DNA of 56,602 bases, filler included, from an uncultured virus (IMG/VR IMGVR_UViG_2061766007_001428) (16 parts of one record of this genome joined end to end with filler, not necessarily neighbours in it); one strand, 5' to 3'; shown: positions 9,072 through 22,110, counted from the first letter of the whole stretch. Notes: generated from the sequence alone by a model not told the origin. Program-made: numbers and translations.

Positions 9072-10713
9072 ATGGATAACAAAATATATTTTAGTATTGA
9101 TGATATTCAAGAAGTTGCCACCGAAGATTCAGTTGAATTTGCGATTGCCCGTATTGCCGTTTTATCAACAANNNNNNNNNNNNNNNNNNGATTTTGGAAA
9201 GAGATGGTAAAAGTGTTTTAGGTAAATGGGTTATTGCTGATTTTGATGGTACTGATGTTACTACTCACACTCAAAATACTCATATCATTGGTATTGTTCC
9301 AACAGATTCAAATATTGAGTTTGTTGAAAATCCCGATGGTACAACTACTATGTTTGTTGACGCTATAATTTCAAAATTATATGCTACTGAAATTTATAAT
9401 CTTTTCAGAACACATAACTTTAGAAATGTTAGTGTTGAAATGGCTACTGCAAATGACCGAGAAAANNNNNNNNNNNTGATGGATTAAATATCTATTCTAT
9501 TTGTGTTCTTGGCATATCAGTAGGTGGTAGTTGCCCCGATGCTAATATGAGCATTACGAGATTTAGTGAAAAGAGCGCAGAAGAATATTACCAAAATACT
9601 AAATCTTTTTCGTTGAAACAGTTAGCAGAGCAAAGGAACGAAAAATTGAAAGTTACTTCACATCCGATTGATAAATCAAAAGAAGCCGTTGATATGGGTT
9701 CTTGGGATGGCGATAAAGCCAAAGATGATTTATTAAAAGAAAAAAATTATAAAACTCTTGCAAAGAGTGTTTGTTTATTGTTAGAGGACGGTTGGGAAGA
9801 TAAAGAAAAAGGTGCGTTAAAATATCCTGTTATGAACCTTAAAAATGGTAAGTGGGTTTATAATGCACAAGGTTTATCAAGTGCAAGAGCATATGGTGAA
9901 CAACACGACCCAAGCGTTGCTGATAAAGCAATCTCAATTCAAAAGAAATTGGGTTTATATAAAGATAATAACGATACAGATAAGGAGGAAAATATGGAAA
10001 AAGATAAGAATTTCTCCGATTCCGAAAAAGATAAGGATATTATAATGGAAGAAAAAGATAATTCTGCCGATGAAAAGGAAATGTCTTGTGATGAAAAGAA
10101 GATGGCAGGAGAGTCAGAAGATGAGAAGTTAAAAGAAGAGAAGAAAGAAGAAGATAGCATCAAAGACGAAGAAAAGAAGATGGCAGAAGAATCGGAAGAT
10201 GAAAAGTTAAAGGAAGAGAAAGACGAAGAAGATGACATAAAGGACGAAGAGAAGAAGTTTTCTCTTAATGCTTATGTTGACGAAGCGGCTATGCTCACTA
10301 TGCTTGAAAATGAAACTGATGAAATGAAAGAACTTGCAGGTCAAATTACAAAGGAATTTTCTGCGGAAGAAATCGTTTCTAAGTTCATTGAGATGGCTAA
10401 GGAAAATGCAGAACTTAAAGCCGATAAGGAAAAGAATGATAAGGAAAAGACAGATAAAAGGTTTTCCGCTATTATGGCTTCTGTTAAAGAAGATTTAGAT
10501 GAAGAGTCTTATTCTAAACTTGCAGAAGAGGGAAAACAATTATCTCTTGAACAACTTGGTGCTTTTGAAAACAAGGTTAAGGCTTTTGCTTATGAAGCAA
10601 CCAAGAAAAATAATAAAAACGAAGAAGATAATTCTGAGATTATGAAATTTGGTAGTTCTAATAATGAGAACGAGGCTGAAACAGATGTTTTTGCCCGTAT
10701 ATCCAAAATGTAA
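9072..10713 (+). CDS. Prohead protease-scaffold fusion (split by N gaps)
   Basis: TTH..., VSVEM and CVLG protease-like motifs, then a long acidic coiled-coil region, upstream of the capsid genes. Confidence 0.75.
10093..10257 (+). repeat. 78-bp (26-aa) tandem repeat, about 2 copies, in the scaffold region
   Basis: EKKMAGESEDEKLKEEKKEEDSIKDE / EKKMAEESEDEKLKEEKDEEDDIKDE. GATGGCAG recurs at 10101 and 10179. Confidence 0.9.
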
Positions 10714-10739
10714 TTTAGTATAAAAAGGAGAATATTAAT

Positions 10740-11294
10740 ATGGCACACGGTGTTCTTATTGAATCAATGATTCAAGCAAAAAATATTGATGCACTTAATC
10801 GTAGCGTAAAGTCAGCAGTAGATATTGATGGTGGTAACCTTATTGCTCTTACTGCTCCTACAACGCAGGGTGATGATGTATGGACTGCGGCTAAACCTGC
10901 AACGGGTTCTCTTAAAGACCTTTGGATTGCATACAACCCCGAAGTTAAGTACACATATGTAAATGGTAAAGTATATGCAGGACTTTCTGCTGATGCTAGA
11001 GATTACACAAACGTAGCAGGTGAAGTATTTGATGCTTTCAAGCCCAAGTTAGGTGACGAAATCGTTGTTCTTGCTTCTAACGTTGACGCAAGTGATGTTG
11101 ACGATGTTCAAGCAGGTGATTTCCTTGAAGCCGCTAATGCTAAGGCAGTATTTGTTAGAGCAGCCGCAGGTACGGGTGCAACTGCAAATGTTACTGCATT
11201 TAAGGTAGAGTGGGTTGGTTCTATCGACTTCCCCAAGGCAGGTATCGGTCTTGATAAGGTTAAGGCTTTCAAGGCAGTTTGTGTACAGGAATAA
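10740..11294 (+). CDS. Head decoration / capsid accessory protein
   Basis: 184 aa, Ala/Gly-rich, strong RBS, between scaffold and major capsid genes. Confidence 0.6.
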   Translation: MAHGVLIESMIQAKNIDALNRSVKSAVDIDGGNLIALTAPTTQGDDVWTAAKPATGSLKDLWIAYNPEVKYTYVNGKVYAGLSADARDYTNVAGEVFDAFKPKLGDEIVVLASNVDASDVDDVQAGDFLEAANAKAVFVRAAAGTGATANVTAFKVEWVGSIDFPKAGIGLDKVKAFKAVCVQE

Positions 11295-11327
11295 TTTAGG
11301 TAAAAATATATAAAGGAGATAAATAGT

Positions 11328-12428
11328 ATGGAATTTGCTAATGTTAAGGCATTTGCAGAAATGTCAAAAGATTTAAGCGAAGCGATGAAAGCATACGCTC
11401 TTAACTATAATCTTCAAAGAAAGGGTCTAAAGGCTTTTGCTGACCATTCTCAAGAAGAGCAGAACAAACTTATCAATAAGGCTTTTGCTATTGAAGTCGC
11501 TAAACAGAGTGGAATGGAACTTCCTAACCTTGAGAACAAGACGGAAGTTAGACGTTACGCTATGAACCCTATGGTTAGATTCTTTGCTAATCAGATTCAA
11601 GATGTACTGATTGATATGATTCTTCCCGAAACTCTTATGACGGGTTCTCTCAAGTATTTTGCAGATATGAAGTTCGCTGACCTTGGCGATACAATTAAGT
11701 TTGATATTAAGTCTAATTCACTCTTTACTGTATCTAAGGCAGGTAACAGACAGAGAACTACAAATCAGCAAAAGACTTTCCGTACAACTGTTACAATGGC
11801 AGGTGTAAACCACGAGATTACTGTTGGAACAACTCTCTTTGAGATTCTTACAGGACAATCTTATCTTGCAGAAGAAGTTATGAAGGTTGCTCGTTCTATC
11901 GAAACTGCTATGCTTTTCGATGCTTATGATGCTTTCACAACTGAAATGGCTTCTCTTACAGGTAGCAAACTTGCAGTTGCTAACTACTCTGAGAACTCTC
12001 TTATTACTCTTTGCGAAACCGTTACGGCTTATAACCAAGGACGCAAGGCAGTTATTATTGGTACTCCTGTAGCACTCAAGTATGTTCTTCCTACGAACAC
12101 TAACTATAGATACCTTCTTGATGATGACTATGTAAAACTTGGTCACCTTCAAACATTCAATGGTTATGATGTTCTTCCTATGGAACAGGTTGCTAATCCT
12201 TATAATGCAACGGCTTATAGTCTTAAACTTAAAGATGATGTTATCTATGTAGTATCACCTGCAAGTGACAAGATTGTTAAGGTTGGTGTATTTGGTGGCA
12301 CATTCTCTCATCAAGACAATTCTTATGATAATGCAAATAAGACAATCGAGAATACAACCGAGAAGTCTTGGGAAGTTGCAGTTGCAACTAACTCTGTTGC
12401 AGGTATCGTAGAAGATTTAGATGACTAA
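11328..12428 (+). CDS. Major capsid protein
   Basis: 366 aa with highly expressed codon usage, GHLQTFNGYDVLPM-type HK97 segment, expected position, and a downstream hairpin. Confidence 0.85.
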   Translation: MEFANVKAFAEMSKDLSEAMKAYALNYNLQRKGLKAFADHSQEEQNKLINKAFAIEVAKQSGMELPNLENKTEVRRYAMNPMVRFFANQIQDVLIDMILPETLMTGSLKYFADMKFADLGDTIKFDIKSNSLFTVSKAGNRQRTTNQQKTFRTTVTMAGVNHEITVGTTLFEILTGQSYLAEEVMKVARSIETAMLFDAYDAFTTEMASLTGSKLAVANYSENSLITLCETVTAYNQGRKAVIIGTPVALKYVLPTNTNYRYLLDDDYVKLGHLQTFNGYDVLPMEQVANPYNATAYSLKLKDDVIYVVSPASDKIVKVGVFGGTFSHQDNSYDNANKTIENTTEKSWEVAVATNSVAGIVEDLDD

Positions 12429-12442
12429 TAATATTTAAAATA

Positions 12443-12466
12443 TAGGGGAACTTAATTGTTCCCCTA
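12443..12466 (+). terminator. Stem-loop after the capsid gene (attenuator or stabiliser)
   Basis: TAGGGGAAC-TTAATT-GTTCCCCTA, with a poor U-tract. Confidence 0.6.
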
Positions 12467-12488
12467 GTACATATTAAGGAGTTATAAA

Positions 12489-13184
12489 ATGGCAGAAACA
12501 AAGGCTAAGAGGGGTAGACCGCCCAAGTCGTCTACTGTTCCAAAAAAGACAGAAGNNNNNNNNNNNNNNNNNNNTAAGAAATTAATGGCTCAAATAGAAG
12601 AGCAAAATAAAAAGATGGCTGAGATGCAAGAGCAAATTAAAAATCAGCCCCAAGTTCCTACTATTATTCAACAAACAAATAATGGTCTGAGTGGTAAGAA
12701 GGTAAAAGTTGTTAACCTTATGCACAATACACTTAATATTGCTACTGAACCTAGAGGAATGGGTAGAGTTTATACATTCAAGGAATATGGTGATAGTAGA
12801 CTTATTAAGTATGATGACCTTGCCGATATAGTAGCGGCTTATCCTAGAACAATGGAAGGTGGATTTGCTTACATTTGTGATAAAGAAGTTGTAGAAGCCC
12901 TTGGACTTGCAGACGATTATCAGAAATTATTTGATAAAGAAACAATGGACAAGGTTATGAAACTTCGTGAAGAATCCGACCTTGAACTTTTCTTAGGAAT
13001 GGATATAAAATTACAAGAATCTACTGCAAAGAAAATTGCAGAACGTATCAATGCAAATGAAAGGGTTGATTATAACTATATTAGAATAATCAAAGAAAAA
13101 ACGGGCATTGATATAGAGGCTATTGCTAATGATTTAAAGGATTTTGGCAAGAAGCCCGAAAAAGAAGATAAAGAAGAAGAATAA
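12489..13184 (+). CDS. Head-module protein with N-terminal AT-hook-like motif
   Basis: KRGRPPK followed by a coiled coil, directly after the major capsid gene. Confidence 0.6.
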   Translation: MAETKAKRGRPPKSSTVPKKTEXXXXXXXKKLMAQIEEQNKKMAEMQEQIKNQPQVPTIIQQTNNGLSGKKVKVVNLMHNTLNIATEPRGMGRVYTFKEYGDSRLIKYDDLADIVAAYPRTMEGGFAYICDKEVVEALGLADDYQKLFDKETMDKVMKLREESDLELFLGMDIKLQESTAKKIAERINANERVDYNYIRIIKEKTGIDIEAIANDLKDFGKKPEKEDKEEE

Positions 13185-13265
13185 AAATATATTTTAGGCA
13201 TTAATTAAGAGTGTTGGAATTGAAATATATTTCAACNNNNNNNNNNNNNNNNNNGGAGTTTGTAA

Positions 13266-13751
13266 ATGGTCACTTTCAAAAATATCCTTGACCGTGCATA
13301 CACTACCCTTTTTACCGATTATAAATTGGATAAACTTGTGCAGGTAGATGAACAAGCGTTTTACGACTTTCTTGGTGGCTTTTTGGTAAACTCCATTGAT
13401 ATGTTTGACGGTTGTTTATCTGATTTATCATATCATACAACCACACGGGTTATAGAAAAAGACAACAAGTTTGTAACTGTAACCGATTATATATTTGACA
13501 ATGAACTCACAAGTAAAGAAATATATATCCTTTCTCTTGGTGTTGCTTTAGGTTGGTATAAGAAACAATTAGATGATGTTACTCAATATAAGTTACATTT
13601 ATCTAATAAGGATTTTAAGTCTTATAGTGAACAACAAAACCTGCAAAGACGTTTAGAGCGTTTAGGTGCTATGGAAGAAGATTTGTCGGAAGAGATACAG
13701 AAGTATCAGATTAATAACTTAGACAAGTTACCTTATTTTGGGGGTGCTTAA
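13266..13751 (+). CDS. Head-tail adaptor
   Basis: 161 aa helical protein (F.NELT.KE..IL; KDFK.YS) in the neck position. Confidence 0.6.
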   Translation: MVTFKNILDRAYTTLFTDYKLDKLVQVDEQAFYDFLGGFLVNSIDMFDGCLSDLSYHTTTRVIEKDNKFVTVTDYIFDNELTSKEIYILSLGVALGWYKKQLDDVTQYKLHLSNKDFKSYSEQQNLQRRLERLGAMEEDLSEEIQKYQINNLDKLPYFGGA

Positions 13752-15011
13752 TGTTTGAGTTTAATACAAAGAGTTATGTTGATAACGTAGCGCAAACGCC
13801 TAAAGAGTATTGGGATGGATTACATCAAGCAACATTAGATACTATGTGGAATGATACCACACAGATATATACTATAAAAGAACAAAACGCTTTACCGTTT
13901 ACTGATGAATATACTGAATATGAAGCGTGGATAAGTACAGTTTCAGATGACCTTATTAACTATTCAAAAGTATATTCTGATTTTGTAAGATTATTTTATC
14001 GTGACTTAAACCATAAGCAGAATTATAAAGGTCAATATTATAAAATGGCTTTGGATGGTGAACACGAAGAAACATACATTTGTTATGACAGAATGAACTT
14101 AACGACATTAACGGCTGATTTTAAAGTTGTTAGATGTAACAATGTTCTTACTTGGATAGATGAATATGGTAATGTAATAACGTTGCCCTGCTATTTAGGT
14201 ACTGATGTAACAAGTACAAATAACCTTATTGGTAAAGATGGTATTGTACCTAATGCAAGAATGATTATACTTGTTCAAGCAAATGATTTTACNNNNNNNN
14301 NNNNNNNNNNNNNNNNNNGAACATTCTACTGCATTTAAGGTAGAAGAAGTAAATAATTTTATGCAGGAACAAGGTACGGATGGTCAAGTTACTTGTGTTA
14401 AAATATATATAAATTATAGTGCTATTACACCAAAAGATAATCTTGAACTTAATGTTTGTGATTATTATGATGTAGGTTATACTGTAGAAATAAACCAAGA
14501 CAACATAGAACAGATTAATGGCTTTACAGGACAATTAACGGCAACCGTTAAGAATCTTGATGAAGTTGTTGATGATATGGAGGTCATTTGGGAAACAAGT
14601 GATAAAACTGTTGTTACTATTGATAGCGAAGGTAATTATAGTGTCGTGGGCTTAAATGGCGACAAAGCAACTATAACTTGCCGATTAAAAGAAAATATAG
14701 ACATACAAGATTCAATTACTATTGAAGTGGTTGGTGCAGTTGTGTCTAATCCTGTTATTGTTATTAATCCTAATGATGTTACTGTTCTTAAAGAAAAACA
14801 GAGTGTAGCATTNNNNNNNNNNNNNNNNNNNNNNNNNNNNNNNNNNNNNNNNNNNNNNNNNNNNNNNNNNNNNNNNNNNNNNNNNNNNNNNNNNNNNNNN
14901 NNNNNNNNNNNNNNNNNNNNNNNNNNNNNNNNNNNNNNNNNNNNNNNNNNNNNNNGCGCAAGTGGATGTACAGATGTTGTGGTAACAATTAAATTAATGG
15001 GATTATTATAA
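13751..15011 (+). CDS. Neck / head-closure protein with C-terminal Ig-like domain (split by gaps)
   Basis: RCNNVLTW motif; WETSDKTVVTIDSEG Ig-like (Big_2) signature. Confidence 0.6.
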
Positions 15012-15021
15012 GGGGGTATAT

Positions 15022-15604
15022 ATGTTAGCGAATGGCAATAGTTCAATGGCATTTAATAACTATAAAGAAATGCCCCAATTACCTTACAAGATTATAGCGA
15101 CTTTACTTACAGAAGAAAGTAAGTCTGCCGAAGATTTTTGGAAACTTTTAAAATATGCAGATGTTGAAGCCTTGTCAAAACCCAATTTAACTTATGATGA
15201 AAAGGTTNNNNNNNNNNNNNNNNNNNNNNNNNNNNNNNNNNNNNNNNNNNNNNNNTGCTGAGGCTCAAACACAATTAAGAATATTTAGATATACAACAAT
15301 GCCGACAACAAGATTTGAAGCGGTAATGACTATAGAAGCAGATTTTATTACAAATGAAAAAACCTGCTTAGTATATCAAGATGGATTATTATGTGAGCGT
15401 ACTGATTTAATGGAGTCTTTATTTTTAGATATAATGAATGGTAGAGATATTGAAATCGGTAGTGGCGTTGTTATGTTTGACAGAGAATTAAGTCGTTCTT
15501 GTAATTCACAATTAAATATAGGCAACTCAAAGAGTTTCTATGGTCGTTCGCTTGTAATGGCTTTAGAATTTATAAGCGGAGAAAGTGGTGGTCTTTGTGG
15601 TTGA
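15022..15604 (+). CDS. Putative tail terminator / tail completion protein (split by gap)
   Basis: FWKLLKY motif; located between neck and tail tube genes. Confidence 0.5.
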
Positions 15605-15717
15605 TATAAAAGAATNNNNNNNNNNNNNNNNNNNNNNNNNNNNNNNNNNNNNNNNNNNNTTAATTAATTAANNNNNNNNNNNNNNNNNNNNNNNNNNNNN
15701 NNNNNNNNNNNNNNNTA

Positions 15718-16765
15718 GCAGGTGTTGGTGATATTCAGTTATTCGACCAATCTACAGGCGAGATTATTGTAACGTCTAAGACATTAACGGATAGTGGTAT
15801 TAACTTTAGTGTTACGGCAGNNNNNNNNNNNNNNNNNNNNNNNNNNNNNNNNNNNNNNNNNNNNNNNNNNNNNNTACTGCTATGGAACTTACACTTACGG
15901 ATGCACTATTCTCACTTGAGTATCTTGCTCTTAACGTTGGTGGAACAATTACTGCTTCTTCTAACGTGCTTACAATGGAGCAGATTACAACAACTGTTGC
16001 TGACACAATTTCTGTAACAAATACACCTCAGCAATTTGGTAATATTGGAGTAATTGGTTGGTACTCTCTTGCAGGAAAAGATGATTGGAAGAAGATTACA
16101 TTTGAAGGTAAAGACGCTACTGTAGCAGGTCTTGCAGTTGGCACAACTGTATGTGTTAAGTATATTTATACAGATGCTTCTGCTGAACAGTTTACAGTAA
16201 GTTCTGCATTTATTCCTAATCAAGTACACGCAATCCTTACACTCCCTCTGTTTAAGTCAACACAGGGTTCTGATGCTAGTTTCACATCAAGTTCTAAGGT
16301 TGGTGAAGTACAGGTAGATATTCCTAACTTCTTACTTGCAGGCGCACAAGAACTTTCACTTTCTTCTTCGGGTGCGGCTACAACTGCTCTTAGTGGTTCT
16401 GCACTTGCTACCTATACAGGTCAAGAAGGATGTTCTGATGCAGGTTACTATGCGATGCTCAAGCAAATTGTTTATAATAAGGATGAGTTTGCAGATGTAA
16501 AGGCTATCGTTATCGCTGATTCTGATATTGACCTTATTGTTGATGAAACTCAGACGCTTGAGGTTTATGCACTTTATAGTGGAGTAAAAGCACCTCGTTT
16601 ACTTGAGGCTTCTAAACTTACATTCACATCAAGTGATGATACAGTAGCAGAAGTTGATGTAACAGGTAAGGTTACGGCTAAGGCGACAGGTTCGGCTACT
16701 ATCGAAGTAGTTGTTACAGGTCATTCAGACCTTAATGCTATGGCAGTAGTAACTGTTACGGCTGC
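15718..16765 (+). CDS. Major tail tube protein with C-terminal Big_2 Ig-like domain
   Basis: AGVGDIQLF N-terminus, Thr/Ala/Ser-rich body, FTSSDDTVAEVDVTGKVTA Ig motif. Confidence 0.75.
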
Positions 16766-17099
16766 NNNNNNNNNNNNNNNNNNNNNNNNNNNNNNNNNNN
16801 NNNNNNNNNTTAATTAATTAANNNNNNNNNNNNNNNNNNNNNNNNNNNNNNNNNNNNNNNNNNNNTTTCTATTGTAAGAACAGGTGGCTCTGCGGTTGAC
16901 CATAGTGCTGATTTACGTGGTCTTACAACCGATACAAAACCAACTAAGGCTAATGGCTATGATGTTCCCCACGGCTCAACGTGGATAAATNNNNNNNNNN
17001 NNNNNNNNNNNNNNNNNNNNNNNNNNNNNNNNNNNNNNNNNNNNNNNNNNNNNNNNNNNNNNNNNNNNNNNNNNNNNNNNNNNNNNNNNNNNNNNNNCG

Positions 17100-18976
17100 T
17101 AATTGGTATGGGCGCAATTAAAGGCGCACCTTGTGAAGTACAAAGTGTTAACAAGGTTGGTAAAACTACTACGGTAACTCTTAAATGGAAAGATACTACG
17201 GGTACAAGTCATACACAATCCTTTGATATAGAAGATGGTCTTGATGGTGTTTCTGTAACAGGTGCAACTATTAATTCAACAGGTAACCTAATACTTACAC
17301 TTTCGGATNNNNNNNNNNNNNNNNNNNNNNNNNNNNNNNNNNTACCTCAGTATGATACAATGCCTAGTCCTTCGGCATCTAATGCAGGACAGATATTACA
17401 ATATATAGGTGCTACAAATGTAAATTATACAAAAGGATATTATTATGAGTGTATAGAATATCCTGTAGGTTCGGGTACTTATATTTGGAAAAACATAAAA
17501 GTACAAGATTCAGAAGATATATTTAGATATAATGTAATTCCATCTCCTAGTGCAGATATAGAAGATGCAATTATTCAATATATTGGTGTTACTAATGCTA
17601 ATTATACAAATGGTTATTATTATCAATGTGTAGAATCACCTATAGGTTCGGGAACTTATGTTTGGGTACAAAAGAACGTACAACCTAATAATGGTGGTGG
17701 CGGTGGAGATGGCGTTGTAGATGGTTATTATAAACCTGCCGACCAATTATTCTATGAAGATAGTGCTTTCCTTAATCCAATTACGGGTGAAGATAATACA
17801 ATATATGTAGACCTTAATACTAATGGTTTATATCGTTATAATGGGGCTATATTTATAAAGGTGTCAAGTTCTGCCGAGAGTATTCAAGTTGATACAATGC
17901 CTACGGCTGATAGTACACAATTAAACAAGATTTATCAGTATATAGGTGTTACAGACGCTAATTATACTAATGGATATTTTTACAAGTGTACATTTGATGG
18001 CACAAATTATCAATGGGTAAATATACCTACGCAAGATTCTTATACAAAAGCGGAAATTGGTGCGTTATCTGATTTACCCGACCCTACCAAAACTGTAATA
18101 GAGAACATAGATGCTTTACAAGGTTCTCTTGCAGATATAGATAAGGATAAACTTGATAGATTAGAGCCAATATATCTTATAGGTTCGGGGCTTAGTCTTG
18201 ATTCCGACCCTACTTCACCTACTTATGGAAAACTTACGGCAACAGGAATGTCTATTCCTATAGATGACCATTTAGATGACACATCTATTAATCCTGTACA
18301 AAATAAAGTTATTGCACTTACGATTGACCAAATGCAAGGTTCTATATTAGAAAAGATACAAAAGAAATTAGCGGCTANNNNNNNNNNNNNNNNNNNNNNN
18401 NNNNNNTAGTGGAATATCTAAAGATGTTGTTCCGTCAACTGTAAGTGTAAGTAATAAACTTTTAGTTGCTAGTGACCTTTCGGCAAAAGCAGATAAGGTT
18501 AGTGGCGCAGTTAGTGGTAATTTTGCAGGTCTTGATGCTAATGGCAATTTAACTGATAGCGGTAGTAAGGCTAGTGATTTTGCAAGTTCAAGTGATTTAA
18601 ATGGAAAGGCTGATTTAGCAGACCTTGCTCCTGCATTTGACGATACTGCAAATTATGTTGTTGGTGATTATGTAACATATCAAGGTGATATATATAGATT
18701 TACGGCTAATCATACAGGTGCTTGGGCTAGTGGAGATGTTACAAAAGTTGATATTGGTGCTGAATTAAAGACTAAAGTTGGTACTTCTGCTCTTAATGGA
18801 AAGGCAGATTTAACTGATTTAGCACCTACTTTTGATGCAACAGTAGCCTATGCTCAGAATGATTATGTCAATTATAATGGTGACATATATCGCTTTACTT
18901 CTGCACATAGCGCAGGTGCGTGGATTGGTAGTGATGCAACACAAATAGTTATTACTACTGAGTTTAAGAATCCTGT
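17100..18976 (+). CDS. Repeat-rich virion fibre or adhesin (fragments)
   Basis: Three QYIG.T..NYT.GY.Y.C modules, followed after a gap by two CBM5/12-like modules. Confidence 0.6.
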
Positions 18977-19077
18977 NNNNNNNNNNNNNNNNNNNNNNNN
19001 NNNNNNNNNNNNNNNNNNNNTTAATTAATTAANNNNNNNNNNNNNNNNNNNNNNNNNNNNNNNNNNNNNNNNNNNNG

Positions 19078-22036
19078 TTTAATTACTATTACTGAAAAAG
19101 TAGGTAGTAATGGTGAGTATCTTAAAACTGTTGTTAGTAAATATACAGATGAAATGGGTCGTGCCGTTGAAAAAACGGAACAATTTGACAAAGCAGGTAA
19201 CCAAGTTGCTACAACTGCAAGAAAAATTACTGAACCTTTTTCAGAAGTTGCTAATAATGTTTCTCAAGTTCATAAATACGTCAATGCCATTGGCGATTTA
19301 ATTACTGAAACGGTTTCATTTAATGCACAAGGTGAGAAGATTGTTACAACCATTACTGAACAAACTAATGGTTTTGGTAGAACAACACAAGCAGTAAGGG
19401 TTTATAATGAAACTCTTGATAGATTAGTTAGTACCGATTTAAAGATAATTAATGATGAAGCAAAATTAAATCAATACCAACAACAACTAACTACTACTAC
19501 AAGAGAAAATTATCAAACTATTCAACGTGCAGGAGAAACATATAAAGCCGTAGTTAAAACTATTCAAGAAGAAACACACGAATATGGCACTTTAACTACA
19601 ACTATTATTACTTATAAAAACGCATTAGGTGAAACNNNNNNNNNNNNNNNNNNNNNNNNNNNNNNNNNNNNNNNNNNNNNNNNNNNNNNNNNNNNNNNNN
19701 NNNNNNNNNNNNNNNNNNNNNNNNNNNNNNNNNNTAAAGCCAATTATGGTGTTAAAAATTTAGGTTGGACTTTAAGCGATGCGTTTTCTAGGTTGGCAAA
19801 TTTTTATCTTGCAAGTTTGCCAATTAGAGCAATACAAACTGCTATTTCAGAAACTATTAAAACTATAACGGATTTTGATAGTGCTTNNNNNNNNNNNNNN
19901 NNNNNNNNNNNNNNTGCAGGTGAAAGTTTATCAAATTATGTAGATAAACTTGCTGAAATGGGTGAAGTTACAGGTTCTACGATGCAGGCGATGGTAGAGG
20001 CTTCTACTGAGTTTAGAAAGAGTGGATTCTCAGACGAAGATAGTGCCAAACTTGCAAGTATAGCCGAAATGTATCGTAATATTGCAGATGAAGAAATAAG
20101 TGCGGCTGATAGTGCTAGTTTTATAATTGCACAGATGAAAGCCTTTAATATAGAGGCAGACCAAGCAGAATCAATTATAAATGGTGTCAATGAAGTTGCA
20201 AATAATTTCTCAGTTTCTTCCGCAGACCTTGCAAAGAATCTTGGCAATATGTCTGCAATTATGGCTATCAATAATGTTTCTATGCAGGAACAGATTGGTA
20301 TGCTTACGGGTGTTACGGAAATTACACGTAATGCAAGTTCTGCATCCCGTGGTCTTGTAATGATTTCATCAAGACTTACACAAGTTCTTGATGATACAAG
20401 TTCTACAGGTAAGAAACTTACTGCCATATATGATAAATTAGGCATTGAACTTAAAGATGAAAATGGTCAGTTAAGAAGTCACTATGATATACTTGGTGAT
20501 TTGGCAGAACAATGGGATAGTTTAAGCGAAAACGAACAAAAATATATTGCCTTAACATCGGCAGGAGCAAGACAACAACAGAACTTTGTTTCGTTGATGG
20601 AAAATTGGGGGCAGGTTGCTAAAGCCACAACTACGGCTTACAATTCTTTAGGTTCTGCTCAAAAAGAAAACGAAAAGGTAATGGATTCTGTTGCCAAAAA
20701 GGTTGAAATTCTTAAATCACAATTTCAACAACTTGTAATTGGCGATGGTGGTTTACAATCTTTTGCTAAAACTATACTTGATATTGGTATTGCTTTATTA
20801 AAATTTGCTAATAGCAATATAGGTAAAGCGGTAATAGCGTTTGCTTTATTAGAAACTGCAATTCTTTCAGCAAGAAAGGCTTTATTAACTTGGGGGCAGA
20901 CTAATGTTGTAGTTAGTGCAATAACTTCACTAATTGCAGGTGAAGCGACTCTTNNNNNNNNNNNNNNNNNNNNNNNNNNNNNNNNNNNNNNNNNNNNTTA
21001 ATTAATTAANNNNNNNNNNNNNNNNNNNNNNNNNNNNNNNNNNNNNNNNNNNNAATACTTATCTGAAAAAGCATATGAAGATGAGTTAGCAAGACTTGAA
21101 GCATTAAAAGATGCCGAAATGGATAATTATGAGAAGCGCATAGACGCTCTTAATGATTATAAAGATAAGGTATCTAAATCTTACGAAGAACAAATAGACG
21201 CATTAAACGCACATAAAGAAGCATTAGAAGAACAATATGATGCTGAAATCGAAATGTACGAGAAGTACAAGCAAGAGTTCGAGGATATGGTTAATGCGTA
21301 CCAAGAACAACAAGATAAACTGTTGTTTGAACAATTAACAGGTATCAAGGCTGAAAGCGATAATTGGATGACAAGGCTTGACAACCTTGCCGAGTTTGTT
21401 CGTAAGTACAATGAATTACAAAAACAATTAGATACAGGAAATACTGCCGTATCTAATGACGCTTCAATGAAGAGCGGTGGAGGCGGTGGAGGTTCTACAA
21501 GGAATGTTACTACTGCTACAAAATCTGTAAATGCTTCATCAAGTAAAACAAGTCAAGGACAAGGCGTTATTGGCTCTAGGGATTTAAGTCAATCTACTTT
21601 CTCTCAAGCAAGTTTAGAAGAAGCCCGTAAGAGAGCAAACTTGTTAACGAAATCGGGTGGAGTAATTACTTATGTTTCTTCACACGCAAACGGTGTCGGC
21701 TCTATTAAAGATGATGAATTAGCCATTGTAGGTGAAAATCCTAATCAAGAAATTGTAATAGGTTCTAAACTTAACAATGGTGAATTAATGTCACTTAATA
21801 AGGGTTCGGGCGTAGTAAATGCTGATTCTTCAAGTACACTAGCAGGTATGCTTAATCAAGTAGGTAAATTTGGTGCAAGTGGATTTGGTAGTGGAAATGG
21901 CACTCTCAATNNNNNNNNNNNNNNTATAAATGGTGTAACAATTCAAGGCTCTAACATTAAAGACCCCGAAACATTTGTTAACGGATTACTTAATCTTAAA
22001 GCAGAAGCATTACAACGTGCATATAAGCATCGTTAA
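19078..22036 (+). CDS. Tail tape measure protein (fragments on two contigs)
   Basis: TP901-type core (EASTEFRKSG, NEVANNFSVSS, LGDLAEQWDSLS), coiled coil, and C-terminal HANG...AIVGE motif. Confidence 0.85.
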
Positions 22037-22079
22037 TATAAAGAGTGGGATATTGAAATATATATCCCACTTGGTACAT

Positions 22080-22110
22080 ATATAAAATATATTTTAATTA
22101 GCCACATTTG
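22080..22110 (+). terminator. Rho-independent terminator
   Basis: AGCCAC...GTGGCT stem followed by a T-tract. Confidence 0.7.
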
